A stretch of 64,000 bases of DNA, taken from contig NC_043006.1 in the NCBI RefSeq assembly GCF_006345805.1, positions 26,350,001-26,414,000 on the forward strand. The letters are read 5' to 3'. This DNA is from Octopus sinensis (Eukaryota). A program made the position numbers and the translations under genes. Within the stretch, counting starts at the first letter, position 1. Each line of letters opens with the position of its first letter. Of the stretch, positions 42,288 through 54,049 are shown piece by piece. The notes under the pieces were generated by a model. That model did no database searches and had not been told where the DNA came from. It was given only the letters and a program-made list of their open reading frames with translations.

Positions 42288-45200
42288 GTGCGGGTGTATG
42301 TGTGTGTGTGCGTATTTATATTATACTATATAAATGCAAATATATGTGGTAAAGCCAAAAAAAGCTCAGGAACAGTGCATCCTCGAGAAAAACAAATTTG
42401 ATTTTCAAAATCTGCACCCAAAGGACAATGTTTGCTGTAAGTAATAATAAAAATATAATTTGCTACAAGAAATAAACTCAACTTTTAGATCAACAACTCT
42501 CCAACTCTCTATCTATCACCATCAATCTCTCTACATATTTATCATACTTTCTGACATTCCCTCTGTCTGTATAAGTCTTAACTCTCACACATAACTTTCA
42601 TTTAGTTTTAAAACTTCATCTTCTAATGTTTACTTTTTTTATGATACACAGCTTATCATGCACAAAATGCTTAGCTTCCAAATCCTGTTTTATGATTGGG
42701 AAAAATTATTTTTAAACCTTTGTAACATTTTTCTAAAATTTTTCTGGAATAAATAAACAAATCACAAACTCAGATTAAGCATGGAAAAGTACATCAATAT
42801 ACCAAATTTCAAAATTGTCACTTAGTTTTAAAATTTCAAAATCCACACCTTATCACCCTTCAGGTAGCACCAGAGATGTCTCAGTGTCAACGCATGTCTG
42901 TGCATCATCAACCAGGGTTTCCCTAACCCATCCTTTAGCGGTTCCTGGCAGCAAACAGAGCACCCCACAAGTTGCTTTCCTCCCTTCTACAATACACAGA
43001 AGAGGAATCACTCCAACTTGTTCAGTCATGAGTCAGGGCAAGGGACAATGGTCAGGTAGTAGGTGATTACAGATGCCATAAACGCCTGTACCACCTCCAC
43101 CCTTCCTTTCAGGAATAGAGACCTTCCAGACCAGGTCCGGACTAGGGACTCCACCATGTCTGCCACCTTGCTCTAATTCTTTTCAATCTAGGAGTCAGGT
43201 CCAAATCAAACTCCAAGCAACTTAACAGGACCATCTGTCCAGTGACCCACAAAACTGGACAATATCAACTTGCTCCTCCAGGTGCCGAGGCACAAGCTGA
43301 TGGACTTATCCTTGTTAACTTTTGCCCCTGCCACTGCTTCGTATCCTCTGATAGCCTCCTCCAAACAAGGTAGCTGAGCTTCATTGGATATGATGATGGT
43401 GATGTCATCCGCATAAGCAGAGACCAACTTACCGCAATTGATTTCATTGGGGGTGCCCACCAAATTCTCCAAATTCTGCAGTAATGGCCCAAGAGCCAAC
43501 ACATACAGACGCAGAGACAGGGGACACCCTTGATGAACTGAATGCTTGATCAAAAACGGCTCCGATAGGTAACTGTTTATCTGGACTGTGGATTTGATGC
43601 CGCTATACATGGTGGAAATCCAACAACAGAAGTTAGGGCCTAGGCCAGCTGCTTCGAGAACCGCTGCCAGGTACTGATGATCTACCCTATCAAATGCTTT
43701 ACTATGGTCTAAATGGACCAGTGCCCCACCTTTGCCAGTCTAAGGTGTAGCGGATAGGGTGAAGATTGTCCTGGATCAACCTGCCTGGGATGGCGCATGT
43801 CTGCGCCTTCCCTACAAGTTTCTCCATGACATGCGTCAACCTTCTAGCTAACACCTTGGCCAAAATCTTTAACTCTACATTGAGTAGAGTTATGGGCCTG
43901 TAATTACTTATAATATCCCCCTTGCTTGGGTCCTTCTGGATCAGCGTCACCACTCTCCAACTCACAGAGCTGGGAATTCTCCAATTCTGTTGCCAGTTTG
44001 TGTAGACGCTGGCCAGCAGGTCCCCAAACAAGTCTGGCATACTACGATAAAACTCTTAGGATAGACCATCCAGTCCTGGTGACTTTTCCCTGGCACACTT
44101 GGCCAACACCTCTTTGACCTCTGTAGCTGTAATCAGCCCTTCACAGCACCTCACCTCCCATGCCGAGATCCACAGTCCACCAGCAAAGAAACCTTTTAGG
44201 GACTCCCCACACTCTAGTGCACCACCCTGCCTGAACAACTGTGCAAAATGCCGATGAAAGGCCTTTTGCATCTCATCCTGTCCATAGATCTTGCACCCCT
44301 GTTCATCTGTTAAAGACTTTATAGAGGCTTTTTTACCCCTCTGATTTTCCACATGATGTGCCCATCCAGTAATGTCAATACCTTCTCATCCCACTGCATG
44401 TAGATTAGCTCTAACTCTGCAACTTGGCATTGAGGTGACGGTACAAGACCGTTCTTGCTGCCAGCACTCTAGATGCAGAGCCAGATTCCAAGGGCTTATC
44501 TAAGTTCTTAACTAAGTCACCCTCTATTCTAGATATATCTAGACTTAGCTGATTGCTAAATCTAATAAACGAATGGCTCTCTTGAGGGCATGCCACCATC
44601 TATTATTAATGATGGCACCACATAGTGCCCTCTGTACTAACTCTTTAATCCAGGCACAGAAGGCTTTACAAATCAAAATAGACTTGTTTATCTTCCAGTA
44701 CCCAGGTCCCTGCCTATGACATTTATCAAATTGTACCTCACATGTCACAAATTTGTGATCCGTGTACAGTACTATATCAAATTGTGGACAACTAAAAGTA
44801 TCCTTATCTCTATCTCTAACGAATACCCTATCTATGTGAGATCTGAGAGAGCCATCATTATTACTCCACATCCACTGTGGAACGAATGGCTCATCTAGTC
44901 TGTAACAGTCTACTAGATTATAGCTCTCTAGTAGACCCTCGAGGCCAGGGTTTCCTTTTCTATCAGTCAAGCAAACACTATCCACCCATGCATTGAGTAT
45001 AGTGTTAAAGTCTCCAAACAGAACTACTGTTTTAGATGTCACTAGAAAGTCCTCCAGGTCTCAAAAAAATCCCAACTACCCACACTCATTAGGAGTGTAC
45101 ACAGCTACCAACCTGAAGGACTATTTGCAGTACTTACCTGCAAGTCCAAGTTCTTCCTGAATAAGGCTACCATACCCCCCACTCCTCGTTGGCTAGGAGA

Positions 45201-46366
45201 AATAATTTTCTCATAGTCATTCAGAAAAGGAGAGAATGCTTGTGATCCACTCATCTTAGACTCAGTTGTGACAGCTACATCTATATCACATGTCCTGAGG
45301 TCATCCAGAAAACAAGCCTGTTTCCATTTTGACCCCAGTTCATACACATTTATGCACCCTCACTTAATCATTTTTGTAAAATGAAAGGAAAGAGATTACT
45401 CACATTTTCAGTTTGGGGACGGGCTGTACAAATTCGCCTACCTCCCCGTTCTTTTCTTTATCAGGTTCGCTGCTGGCTTTTCCTGGGTGTGGCAGTCGAG
45501 CTTATAATATATTTACACTCCGCCACTTCAGCGGTTATGTCTCTTATGTCTTCCAGATACCTCACCTTCATATCTGTAAACAGTTTCTCATTTATTTTTG
45601 CATAGCTAACATCTGTCCATGTTTCTTTCATTACCCTAAACACTCGTGTGTCATGGTGTGTTCTAATGACTCTTGCTAACGGCTCATTCTTTTCCTGGAA
45701 CCCTATAGTTTTTACTTGTAGTTTGGGGAAGGGTTTGACAAATAGCCTTGCCATGGGCTTGGACTGGGGAGTTGGGCTTTGTGTGTCCATGTGTTTTGTG
45801 GGGTTTTTTTGTGGTGGTGGTGGGAATCAGGGACTTGTGCCTTCTTACACTTATCAGTCACTGTTGTAACCTCCATCTCCTCGGTAGTTTGGTTCTTTTC
45901 TTCTGTTGTTCTCTCCTCCTTCCCTTCTGCTGCACTCTCTGGTCTGTCTGTCTGTTTGCAGCTTTTTGGGGAGGAGCCTCATTCTCATTTTTCTTTTTTG
46001 TACACATGGAGCGGACATGGCTCTTCTCTCCACACTTGAAGCATTAGGGCCTATGTCCCTTCACAGCCACTCGCATTGTCAGCCCCTCCCCCACAAACAC
46101 TCTATTGGATAAATTTTCCAGAGTTTGGTTCACCGTTTGAATTACCATCTCGAGTGTCTGGCCTCACCAGTTCACAGCATCCCTCCTCTTCATTTGCAGG
46201 ATGGATGCTAATTCTTCAATGTCATACGACTGCCACTGCCACCCACATCATTTCATAACCAGCTGGTATATCTCCTACCATAACTTTCAGTTCTGCAGCC
46301 CAAGTATGTGGGTAGCAGCATAATTTTGTCGTTTTTTAGTATCTTTGTTGGCACTTCTTTTGCTAC

Positions 46367-46670
46367 TACAGTTCTATATCTAAGAGATGAGGAATTATAT
46401 TATTATTAAGGTCATTGCCTGGAATTGAACTAGAAATCTTGGGGTTAGTAGCCCACGCTCTTAACCACTACGCCATATACCCATGGGCATACGGCGTAGT
46501 GCTTATTAATAACAATAATAATAACATCAAAAAAAATAATACCTTAGGAACGAGAACCCAGGTTCAAAATTTCTCCAAGACACCTGATGAAGGCTGGAGG
46601 GTATATCAGCTGAAACATTGAGTTAACAACAAACAAGATGAGGACAAATATCCATCAAATGTAAATAAAG
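46367..46670. mobile_element. 304-bp insert with inverted tRNA-like heads and a hammerhead-like motif, inside Tx1 ORF1
   Basis: Flanked by TTCTTTTGCTAC (46355-46366) and TTCTTTTGTTAC (46671-46682); A box TGGCGTAGTGG and B box GTTCAATTCC on minus; CTGATGA..GAAA on plus. Confidence 0.75.
46579..46624 (+). ncRNA. Minimal type-I hammerhead-ribozyme-like motif (degenerate)
   Basis: GACAC-CTGATGA-a-GGCTG[10 nt]CAGCT-GAAA-CATT-GAGTT. Confidence 0.6.
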
Positions 46671-47399
46671 TTCTTTTGTTACGTGAGCCATTCAATGGTT
46701 GTGCTTTGCGTTCCACGGCTGATGTAGCATACTTTATTCCACATTGGTGCCATGTACCTCTCCATCACTTCGTGTTTTGCCTCCATAATATTTTTCTGTT
46801 ATGTTGTATATCTTATATACAACTATATGGGCATTAATTGCCTGCACTGTTTCTGGGGGCAGCAACAGTTTTGTGTCACCGCTACTTTTTTTTATTAAGT
46901 TCCTAAACTTAAACAACTGTTCCGTCCGGACCTCTAATTCTGAAACGTTCGCTCCTACCGTGGCTGAGAAGCTGAGTTTCCTTAGTTCTTCCTTGCGGCA
47001 TCCTTTCCCATCTCAGGAAACTCCTTACAGGATTCAATATTAAGATCCATTGCAAATTTTTTTTACGAAACTTTGTCACAAATGACCAACAATAACATAA
47101 ATGCGATAACCAGGAATGGTTAACACAAAACAGTTCAATAGCAAAAGAATATTTTCAGGAATAAAAATTCCAACACAATTTTCTGCCCCAAAGGGTGAAA
47201 ATTACAGTTCCAAAACGAACAGCAGTTCAAATCACAGTAGAAAAATTAAACACAAAATGTAACATACAACAATATACAGGAACGAACTCACACAACATTG
47301 GTAACAGCAAATATCCAAAAATGACAAAGAAAAGGGCATAGCTTGCTAGCTGTAGATGTCTGTCTGCCTTTGAATACATATATATTTCAAGTGAAATAC

Positions 47400-48756
47400 A
47401 TTCACTGATTTTGAAAATAGAAATAATATATTTCTAAATCTCTCAGAGAGATTTATGCAGTAGCAACACGATAAAGTGATAGTACGTTGTCAACTTAATG
47501 TGACAGTCCCATAAAAGGGAAGAACACACCTGAAACATAACACAGCCAAAACTTTGGCATTGTTTGAAGTGGTAGTGCATCTCTTCTTTGTTCCAGACTA
47601 AAAATAGATTTATCTTTCATTCTAGTTACCCTCTATTGACATTTGAAATGGATAACCAAAAATATCATATTCACGTTGTAATGCTTTTCATTTTTTAAAA
47701 AAGGAGAAAATGCTGCAAAGACTAGCAAGAATATTTGTGAAGTTTATGGTGATGATGATGCTGTAGGTGAATCAACTGTTTGAAGGTAGTTTACAAAATT
47801 TAAAACTGGAGAGTTTAGCTTGAAAGATGACAGTCGCAGTGGAAGATCTCTAAATTTGGATGATGTTTTGAATGCAAAAATCAAAGAAAACTCAATTATC
47901 ATGACTCAAGAACTTGCAGAGGGGTTGGAAGTTGCTAAAAGTACGGCTCATGAACACCTAGTGAAGCTAGGATACAGTTCTTGCTATAATGTATGGGTAC
48001 CTCACAAACTCTCAGAAAAGAATTGCTTGGACCAGTATTCTGTTTGTGATGTGCTTGTGAAACGGAATGAAAGCATGCCTTTTTTGAAACAACTTGTGAC
48101 TGGAGATGTAAAATTGAAACAACTTGTGTCTGGAGATGAAAAATTGAAACAACTTGTGTCTGGAGATGAAATGGATTGTGTACGAAAACATAGTGTGAAA
48201 AAGATCCTGGAGATTGTGTAAGGATCCCCCAAAACAGCAACCAAAGATTACTATCCATGCCAAAAGAGCTATGCTTTATGTTTGATAAGATCATAAAGGC
48301 ATTATTTATTATGAGTTTTTCCCACAAAACCAGACCATTAATTCTGATGTGTACTGGCTAGTTTGAACCAAAATCATTCCAACAAGACAATGCCTGACCA
48401 CTTGTGTCTTTGACTACCCAAACAAAGTTACATGAACTTGGTTGGAATCTCTTATCCCATCCCCCATATTCTCCTGATATTGTGCCACCTGACTACTACT
48501 TGTTTTTATTTCTACAGAACTCATTGTGAGGAAAAACATTGAACAATTTAGATGGAGTTAAAATGCATCTAGATAGCCTTTTTCTTCAAAACTAATCAAA
48601 TTTTATGCTAATGGAATATTTAAATTGCCTGATAGATGGGCAAAGTTCATTAATAATAATAGAAATTATTTCATTGATTAAAATTGATTGAAAACTCAAT
48701 TATTTATATCCCTCTTTGCATTTAAAAAAATGCTCAGAACTTTCTGGATAACCTAA
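47400..48756 (+). mobile_element. Mariner (DD34D) transposase pseudogene with probable right TIR
   Basis: LKDDSRSGR, WVPHKLSE, LVTGD, QQDNA, HPPYSPDIVPPDYYLF; terminal CTCAGAACTTTCTGGATAACCTAAT. Confidence 0.9.
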
Positions 48757-49010
48757 TGTGTGTGTGTGTGTGTATGTGTGTTCATACATGTAAATGGACC
48801 CTTAGAAACTACCATTAGATATATAATCATCATTGATGAATTAATTATTTGTTAGAGCTACTTATACTTTGAATTGATCAGTATTTCAGGTATAATACAT
48901 TAACATCTATAACCACGTAGCATTAAGAATTCTTAGTGACTATCATATAAGTATTAAATATTATATCAAAATATTAATATCAATATTTCTAATATATCCA
49001 TGTATTAATA

Positions 49011-49623
49011 TCTATAATAATAAATACCAAAATGAATTTCTGTGTGTCGGTGTGTTACACTTTGACACCCCCTCCATCACTATTCAATGACACTTCTACT
49101 ATTCTTCACGTTGGGGTGAGAGTAATAGTAGTCATAGAGACAGTGAGGGCAGTAGAAGATTAATAGTTGTGATGGTAATGGGGTAACAGTAATAGTATGA
49201 GATAGAGGAAGAGGCGATGGTGATGACGGTGGTAGCCAAGGCAGTCAGGGATGGTGGTGATAGTAAGCGATGTGAAAGAAAGTGGTAATGGTGGTGGAGG
49301 GGAAGGCGGTGAAGTCAAGATATTGATGGTGGTGGAACTGGTAATGGTGATAGTTGTAAACAATCAACAGAAAGAGAAAGAGGGAAAGAAAGAGGTTAGA
49401 TAGAAAAATATATCACTGACCCCTGAATGGGGAGACAAAAAATGTTGTTTATCATGCAGTTTTGCAATAAGTTCCAAGTCGACAAATTATATCATTGTTT
49501 TAATGAAAATTGTTCATTGCTTGAAAAATATTGCTTAAATTTAATATGTACTCAATGCATGAAGGGCCATTGTTAGGCCCAAGGCCCAATGAAGAGCCCT
49601 CCACAAGGTGGCCTTTAAGCTAG
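49011..49623 (+). mobile_element. Non-autonomous Helitron-like element
   Basis: A|TCTATAATAATAAA...imperfect GC hairpin...CTAG|T termini, no TSD. Confidence 0.55.
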
Positions 49624-49637
49624 TTTCTAATATATAC

Positions 49638-50248
49638 ATGCAGGAGTGGCTGTGTGGTAAGAAGCTTGAAGGTGGCGAGCTGGCAAAAACGTTAGCACGC
49701 CGGGTGAAATGCTTAGCGGTATTTCATCTGCTGTTATGTTCTGAGTTCAAATTCCGCCGAGGTCGACTTTGCCTTTCATCTTTCGGGGTCGATAAACTAA
49801 GTACCAGTTACACACTGGGGTTGATGTAATCAACTTAATACCTTTGTCTGTCCTTGTTTGTCCCCTCTATGTTTAGCTTCTTCTGGGCAATAAAGAAATA
49901 AGAAGCTTGCTTGCCAACCATATGTTTCAGGTTCATTCCCACTGCGTGGCACCTTGGGCAAGTGTCCTCTACTATAGCCTATAGCCTCAGGCTTTGTGAG
50001 TAGATTTAGAAGGCAGAGACTGAAAGAAGCCCATCGTATATATATATATATATATATGTATTTGTGTCTCTATGTTTGTCGCTCACCATCGCTTGACAAC
50101 TGATGCTGGCAGTTCAGCAAAAGAGACCGATAGAATAAGTAATATGGTTACAAAGAATAAGTCCTGGGGTCAATTAGTTTGACTAAAGGCAGTGCTCCAG
50201 TATGGCCACAGTCAAATGACTGAAAGAAGTAAAAAGCATAAAAGAGTA
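49638..50248 (+). mobile_element. tRNA-derived SINE family A, interrupted by a family B SINE
   Basis: GCAGGAGTGGCTGTGTGGTAAGAAGCTTG..GGTTCATTCCCACTGCGTGGCACC..CAGTCAAATGACTGAAA..TAAAAGAGTA. Confidence 0.87.
49669..49898 (+). mobile_element. tRNA-derived SINE family B with 11-bp TSD TAAGAAGCTTG
   Basis: TSD 49658-49668/49899-49909; homologous to 21867-22100. Confidence 0.9.
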
Positions 50249-50732
50249 TTATTCATGTATGCTCAAAGTGTTCAAATAAGCTACCATTGGATATATTATT
50301 AATTAATTATGTTTAAATTTGAATCTGTTGATACTTCACATTTTATTAATTATAAGCATTAAAAAATAGTTCGTAGATGAAAAATATGTGATATAATATA
50401 TTAATTAAATACTGTAGATGGACGTCAGGTCTTCTATACATGGCAATGTATTTGTATTTTACAATAAATTCAATTAAGCAAGTTTCTCATGAATATATCG
50501 TTGAAATTCTTATGATAGTTTGGTTTATTAAACTAAATTTGAGGTAAAACATTATCTTAGTAGTAATTACAATTTTAGTGTGCTTAGCTTTAATATAAAT
50601 TATCTATAAATGGTATCTGGTAATGCTTAGGTTTTGCTTATATTTACCAAGTTTATATTGACTGTACATTTACACATAAATATTGGTGATGTAGCACTAT
50701 TACATGGTAATTAATTAGCAGTTTTGATACTG

Positions 50733-50938
50733 TCATTTCAGTCATTTAACTGCAGCCATGCTGGAGCACTGCCTTTAGTTGAACAATTTGACCGAACGAC
50801 TTATTCTTTGTAAGCCTAGTACTTATTCTATCATTCTATCAGTCTCTTTTGCCGAGCCACTAAGTTATGGGGACATAAACGCACCAACATCTGTTGTCTA
50901 ATGATGGTGGGGGGACAAGCACCAACACACACACAAGT
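50733..50938 (-). mobile_element. 3' half of a family A SINE (5' half at 53050-53212), split by the RTE insertion
   Basis: TTTCAGTCATTTAACTGCAGCCATGCTGGAGCACTGCC is the reverse complement of the family A tail. Confidence 0.8.
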
Positions 50939-50939
50939 A

Positions 50940-53027
50940 TCAAGTTGTTGGATCAGGTAATGATGGTCACAGAGAAGGTCATACCCCAACTAATTAGGGA
51001 CAGAGTCAGTTTAGATGAGATGTAGTTTGGGTTCATGCCAGGGAAAAGCACCACAGAAGCTATATTTCTGGTAAGACAGCTGCAGGAGAAATACCTAGCC
51101 AAAGATAAACCTCTGTACCTGGCTTTCGTTGACATGGAGAAAGTCTTTGACAGGGTCCCCTGATGCCTTATCAGGTGGTCAATGAGGAAATTAGAAATAG
51201 ATGGATGGTTAGTGAGAGCTTTACAAGCCATGTACAAGGATGCTGTCAGTAAGGTGAGGGTTGGCAACGAGTACAGTGAAGAATTCCGGATAGAGGTAGG
51301 GGTCCACCAAGGTTCAGTCCTCAGTCCCAACCTATTTATCATAGTCCTCCAGGCAATAACAAGAATTCAAGACATGATGCCCCTGGGAGCTCCTCTATAC
51401 TGACGACCTTGCTCTAATTGCTGAGTCACTATCAGAACTAGAGGAGAAGTTTCAGGTGTGGAAGCAAGGATTAGAATCAAAGGGCCTTAGAGTCGACATA
51501 GCTAAAACCAAAGTTCTATTAAGTAGGAAGGCAGGCAAACCACAAATCCCTTCAGGTAGATGGTCCTGCTCAATCTGTAGAAAAGGCATAGGTAGAAACT
51601 CTTTAAGATGTACCCAGTGTAAGCTATGGACACATAAGAGGTGCAGCAATATCAAAGGAAGGCTAACTGGGAAGATAGTTTTTGTATGTGGCAGATACTA
51701 AGGAGCAATAAACACTGAAAATGTGCAGAGAACAACTTCTGACACATTTCATGGAGAAAAACTAGGAGTAGTTGATAGCTTCCGTTACCTAGGTGACCAA
51801 GTCAGTGGCGGGGGAGGGGGGGCTGAAAGTGTAATTGCTAGAATAAGAATGGCCTGGGCAAAGTTCAGAGAGCTCTTACCTCTGCTGGTGATAAAGAGCC
51901 TCTCACTCAGAGTAAAAGGCAGACTGTATGACGCATGTGTACAAATAGCCATGCTACATGACAGTGAAACATGGGTCGTCACTGCTGAGGACATACGTAA
52001 GCTCACAAGGAATAAAGCCAGTATGCTCCGCTGGGTGTGTAATGTCAGTGTGCACACTTGATAGAGTGTAAATACCTTGAGAGAAAAGTTGGACCTAAGA
52101 AGCATCGGATGTGGTGTGCAAGAGAGGCGACTGCACTGGTATGGTCATGTGGCGAGAATGGATGAGGATGACTGTGTGAAAAAGTGCCACACCCTAGCGA
52201 TTGAGGGAACCTGTGGAAGAGGTAGACCCAGGAAAAACTGAGATGAGGTAGTGAAGCACAACCTTCGAACATTAGGCCTCACCGAGGCAATGACTAGTGA
52301 TCGAGACCTTTGGAAATATGCTGTGCGTGAGAAGACCCTGCAAGACAAGTGAGACCATAACCCGTGGCCTATACCAGGGGTGTGACTAGCCCACTTATGC
52401 ATACCTTTACTTCATTGGACACTAAACTCTGCTTGCGAAGACCTGTTGAGGCAAGTGAAATCGAAATCAAATTCGATGACTGGCATCCTTGCTAGAGGAG
52501 TGCTAAGAGCACCATCTGAGCATGATCGTTGCCAGAGCAGCTGACTGGTATCTGTGCTGGTGGCACGTAAAAGCACCCATTACACTCTTGGAATGGTTGG
52601 CGTTAGGAAGGGCATCCAGCTGTAGAAACATTGCCAGATCAGATTGGAGCCTGGTGCAGCCATCTGGTTCGGCAGTCCTCAGTCAAATCGTCCAACCCAT
52701 GCATGCATGGAAAGTGGACATTGAACGATGATGATGTTGATATATATATATATATACTGCTTTATATATATATACTGCTTTTGCCGGTGGAACGTAAAAT
52801 GCACCAATCCGATCGTGACCATTGCCAGCCTCGCCTGGCACCTGTGCAGGTGGCACGTAAAAAGCACCCACTACATTCACGGAGTGGTTGGCGTTAGGAA
52901 GGGCATCCAGCTGTAGAAACACTGCCAGATCAGACTGGAGCCTGGTGCAGCCTTTTGGCTTCCCAGATCCCCGGTTGAACCGTCCAACCCATGCTAGCAT
53001 GGAAAATGGACGTTAAACGATGATGAT
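50940..53027 (+). mobile_element. 5'-truncated RTE-clade LINE (RT, internal Cys-rich finger, duplicated 3' tail)
   Basis: FGFMPGKSTTEAIFLVRQLQEKY..AFVDMEKVFDRV; GVHQGSVLSP; LYTDDL; CSICRKG..CTQCKLWTHKRC; FRYLG; WYGHVARM; two (GAT)n tails (~52737, ~53027). Confidence 0.93.
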
Positions 53028-53049
53028 GTACTTCTTACTTCTTATATAT

Positions 53050-53212
53050 ATATGGACTTCTTTCAGTTTCTGTCTACCAAATCCACTTACAAGGCTTTGG
53101 TCAACCTGAGGCTATAGCAGAAGACATTTGCCCAAGGTGCAATGCAGCGGAACTGAACCTAGAACTATGTGGTTGTGAAGAAAGCTTCTTACCATGCAGC
53201 CATGCTGCACCT
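53050..53212 (-). mobile_element. 5' half of the split family A SINE
   Basis: CTTCTTTCAGTTTCTGTCTACCAAATCCAC..AAGCTTCTTACCATGCAGCCA is the reverse complement of the family A head. Confidence 0.8.
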
Positions 53213-53425
53213 ATGGTCATATTTTTTGTTGACTTCAGTATTTTTTTCAACAAACACATGCACAACTACTTGATGAATGTTACTACCCTCTCCCTCACTC
53301 TGTCTCTACCCATCTTTCTCTCTTTCTCCCTATAACATTTATTTCACCCTAAGTACCACACTACTTCTAATAAAAACTGTCATGTATTACATATGCATGT
53401 GCACAAATATATCAAGTATATTTGT

Positions 53426-53456
<31 letters not shown>

Positions 53457-53570
53457 AATATATATATGCAAATAATGGTTCTTTTAAAATGCACACATTC
53501 AAAAACGCACACATCTAGGTCTGTCATAGCACAACCAACATGTTGAAATGTAACTCCTTTTGGAAAACTC

Positions 53571-53679
53571 TCCCCTGATGAAATACCCAATTAACTAGTC
53601 TTAAAATGAAAATTTTAATTAAATTAATTTAATTTAATTTCTATAACTGAACTAATTGGATATGGAAACAGTTGTAGGA
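53571..53679 (+). ncRNA. Hammerhead-ribozyme-like motif with long stem II and intact core boxes
   Basis: TCCC-CTGATGA-aATACCCAATTA...TAATTGGATATg-GAAA-CAGTTGTA-GGA. Confidence 0.55.
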
Positions 53680-53793
53680 CAGAAATTTCATTATATGGAT
53701 TTGAATATGTTGGAATAAACTGATGTCTGTATGTCAATTTCTCCAATCTCTTCCTTTTGTCATTCACAAATATTTTAAATACCTCTCTCTCTC

Positions 53794-53832
<39 letters not shown>

Positions 53833-53834
<2 letters not shown>

Positions 53835-53989
53835 AGGCACATTGGCCCAGTGGTTAGGGCAGAGGACTCGCAGTCATAGGATCGCAGTTTTGATTCCCAG
53901 ACCGGGCGTTGTGAGTGTTTATTGAGCAAAAACACCTAAAGCTCCACGAGGCTCTGGCAGGGGGTGATGGCGATCCCTGCTGTACTCTT

Positions 53990-53990
<1 letters not shown>
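53833..53990 (+). mobile_element. tRNA-derived SINE (family C), truncated
   Basis: GGAGGCACATTGGCCCAGTGGTTAGGGC..GTTTTGATTCCC: A-box and degenerate B-box head. Confidence 0.7.

Positions 53991-54039
<49 letters not shown>

Positions 54040-54049
<10 letters not shown>

Larger units (their letters stand above)
42700..47340 (-). mobile_element. Decayed Tx1/L1-clade LINE (ORF1 with CCHC knuckle, APE, RT)
   Basis: CFKCGEKSHVRSMC (~46005-46050); LFGDFN, SHIDRVF, YTDHK, GPGYWKINKS; KSPGLDGL; NYRPITLLNVELKILAKVLARRL; HQGCPLS, AYADDI. Confidence 0.9.

Noticed and set aside
46417-46483. Functional tRNA-Ser(ACT)
   Set aside because: No proper acceptor stem or variable arm and embedded in a TSD-flanked insert; treated as a SINE-type head, as are the other tRNA-like heads
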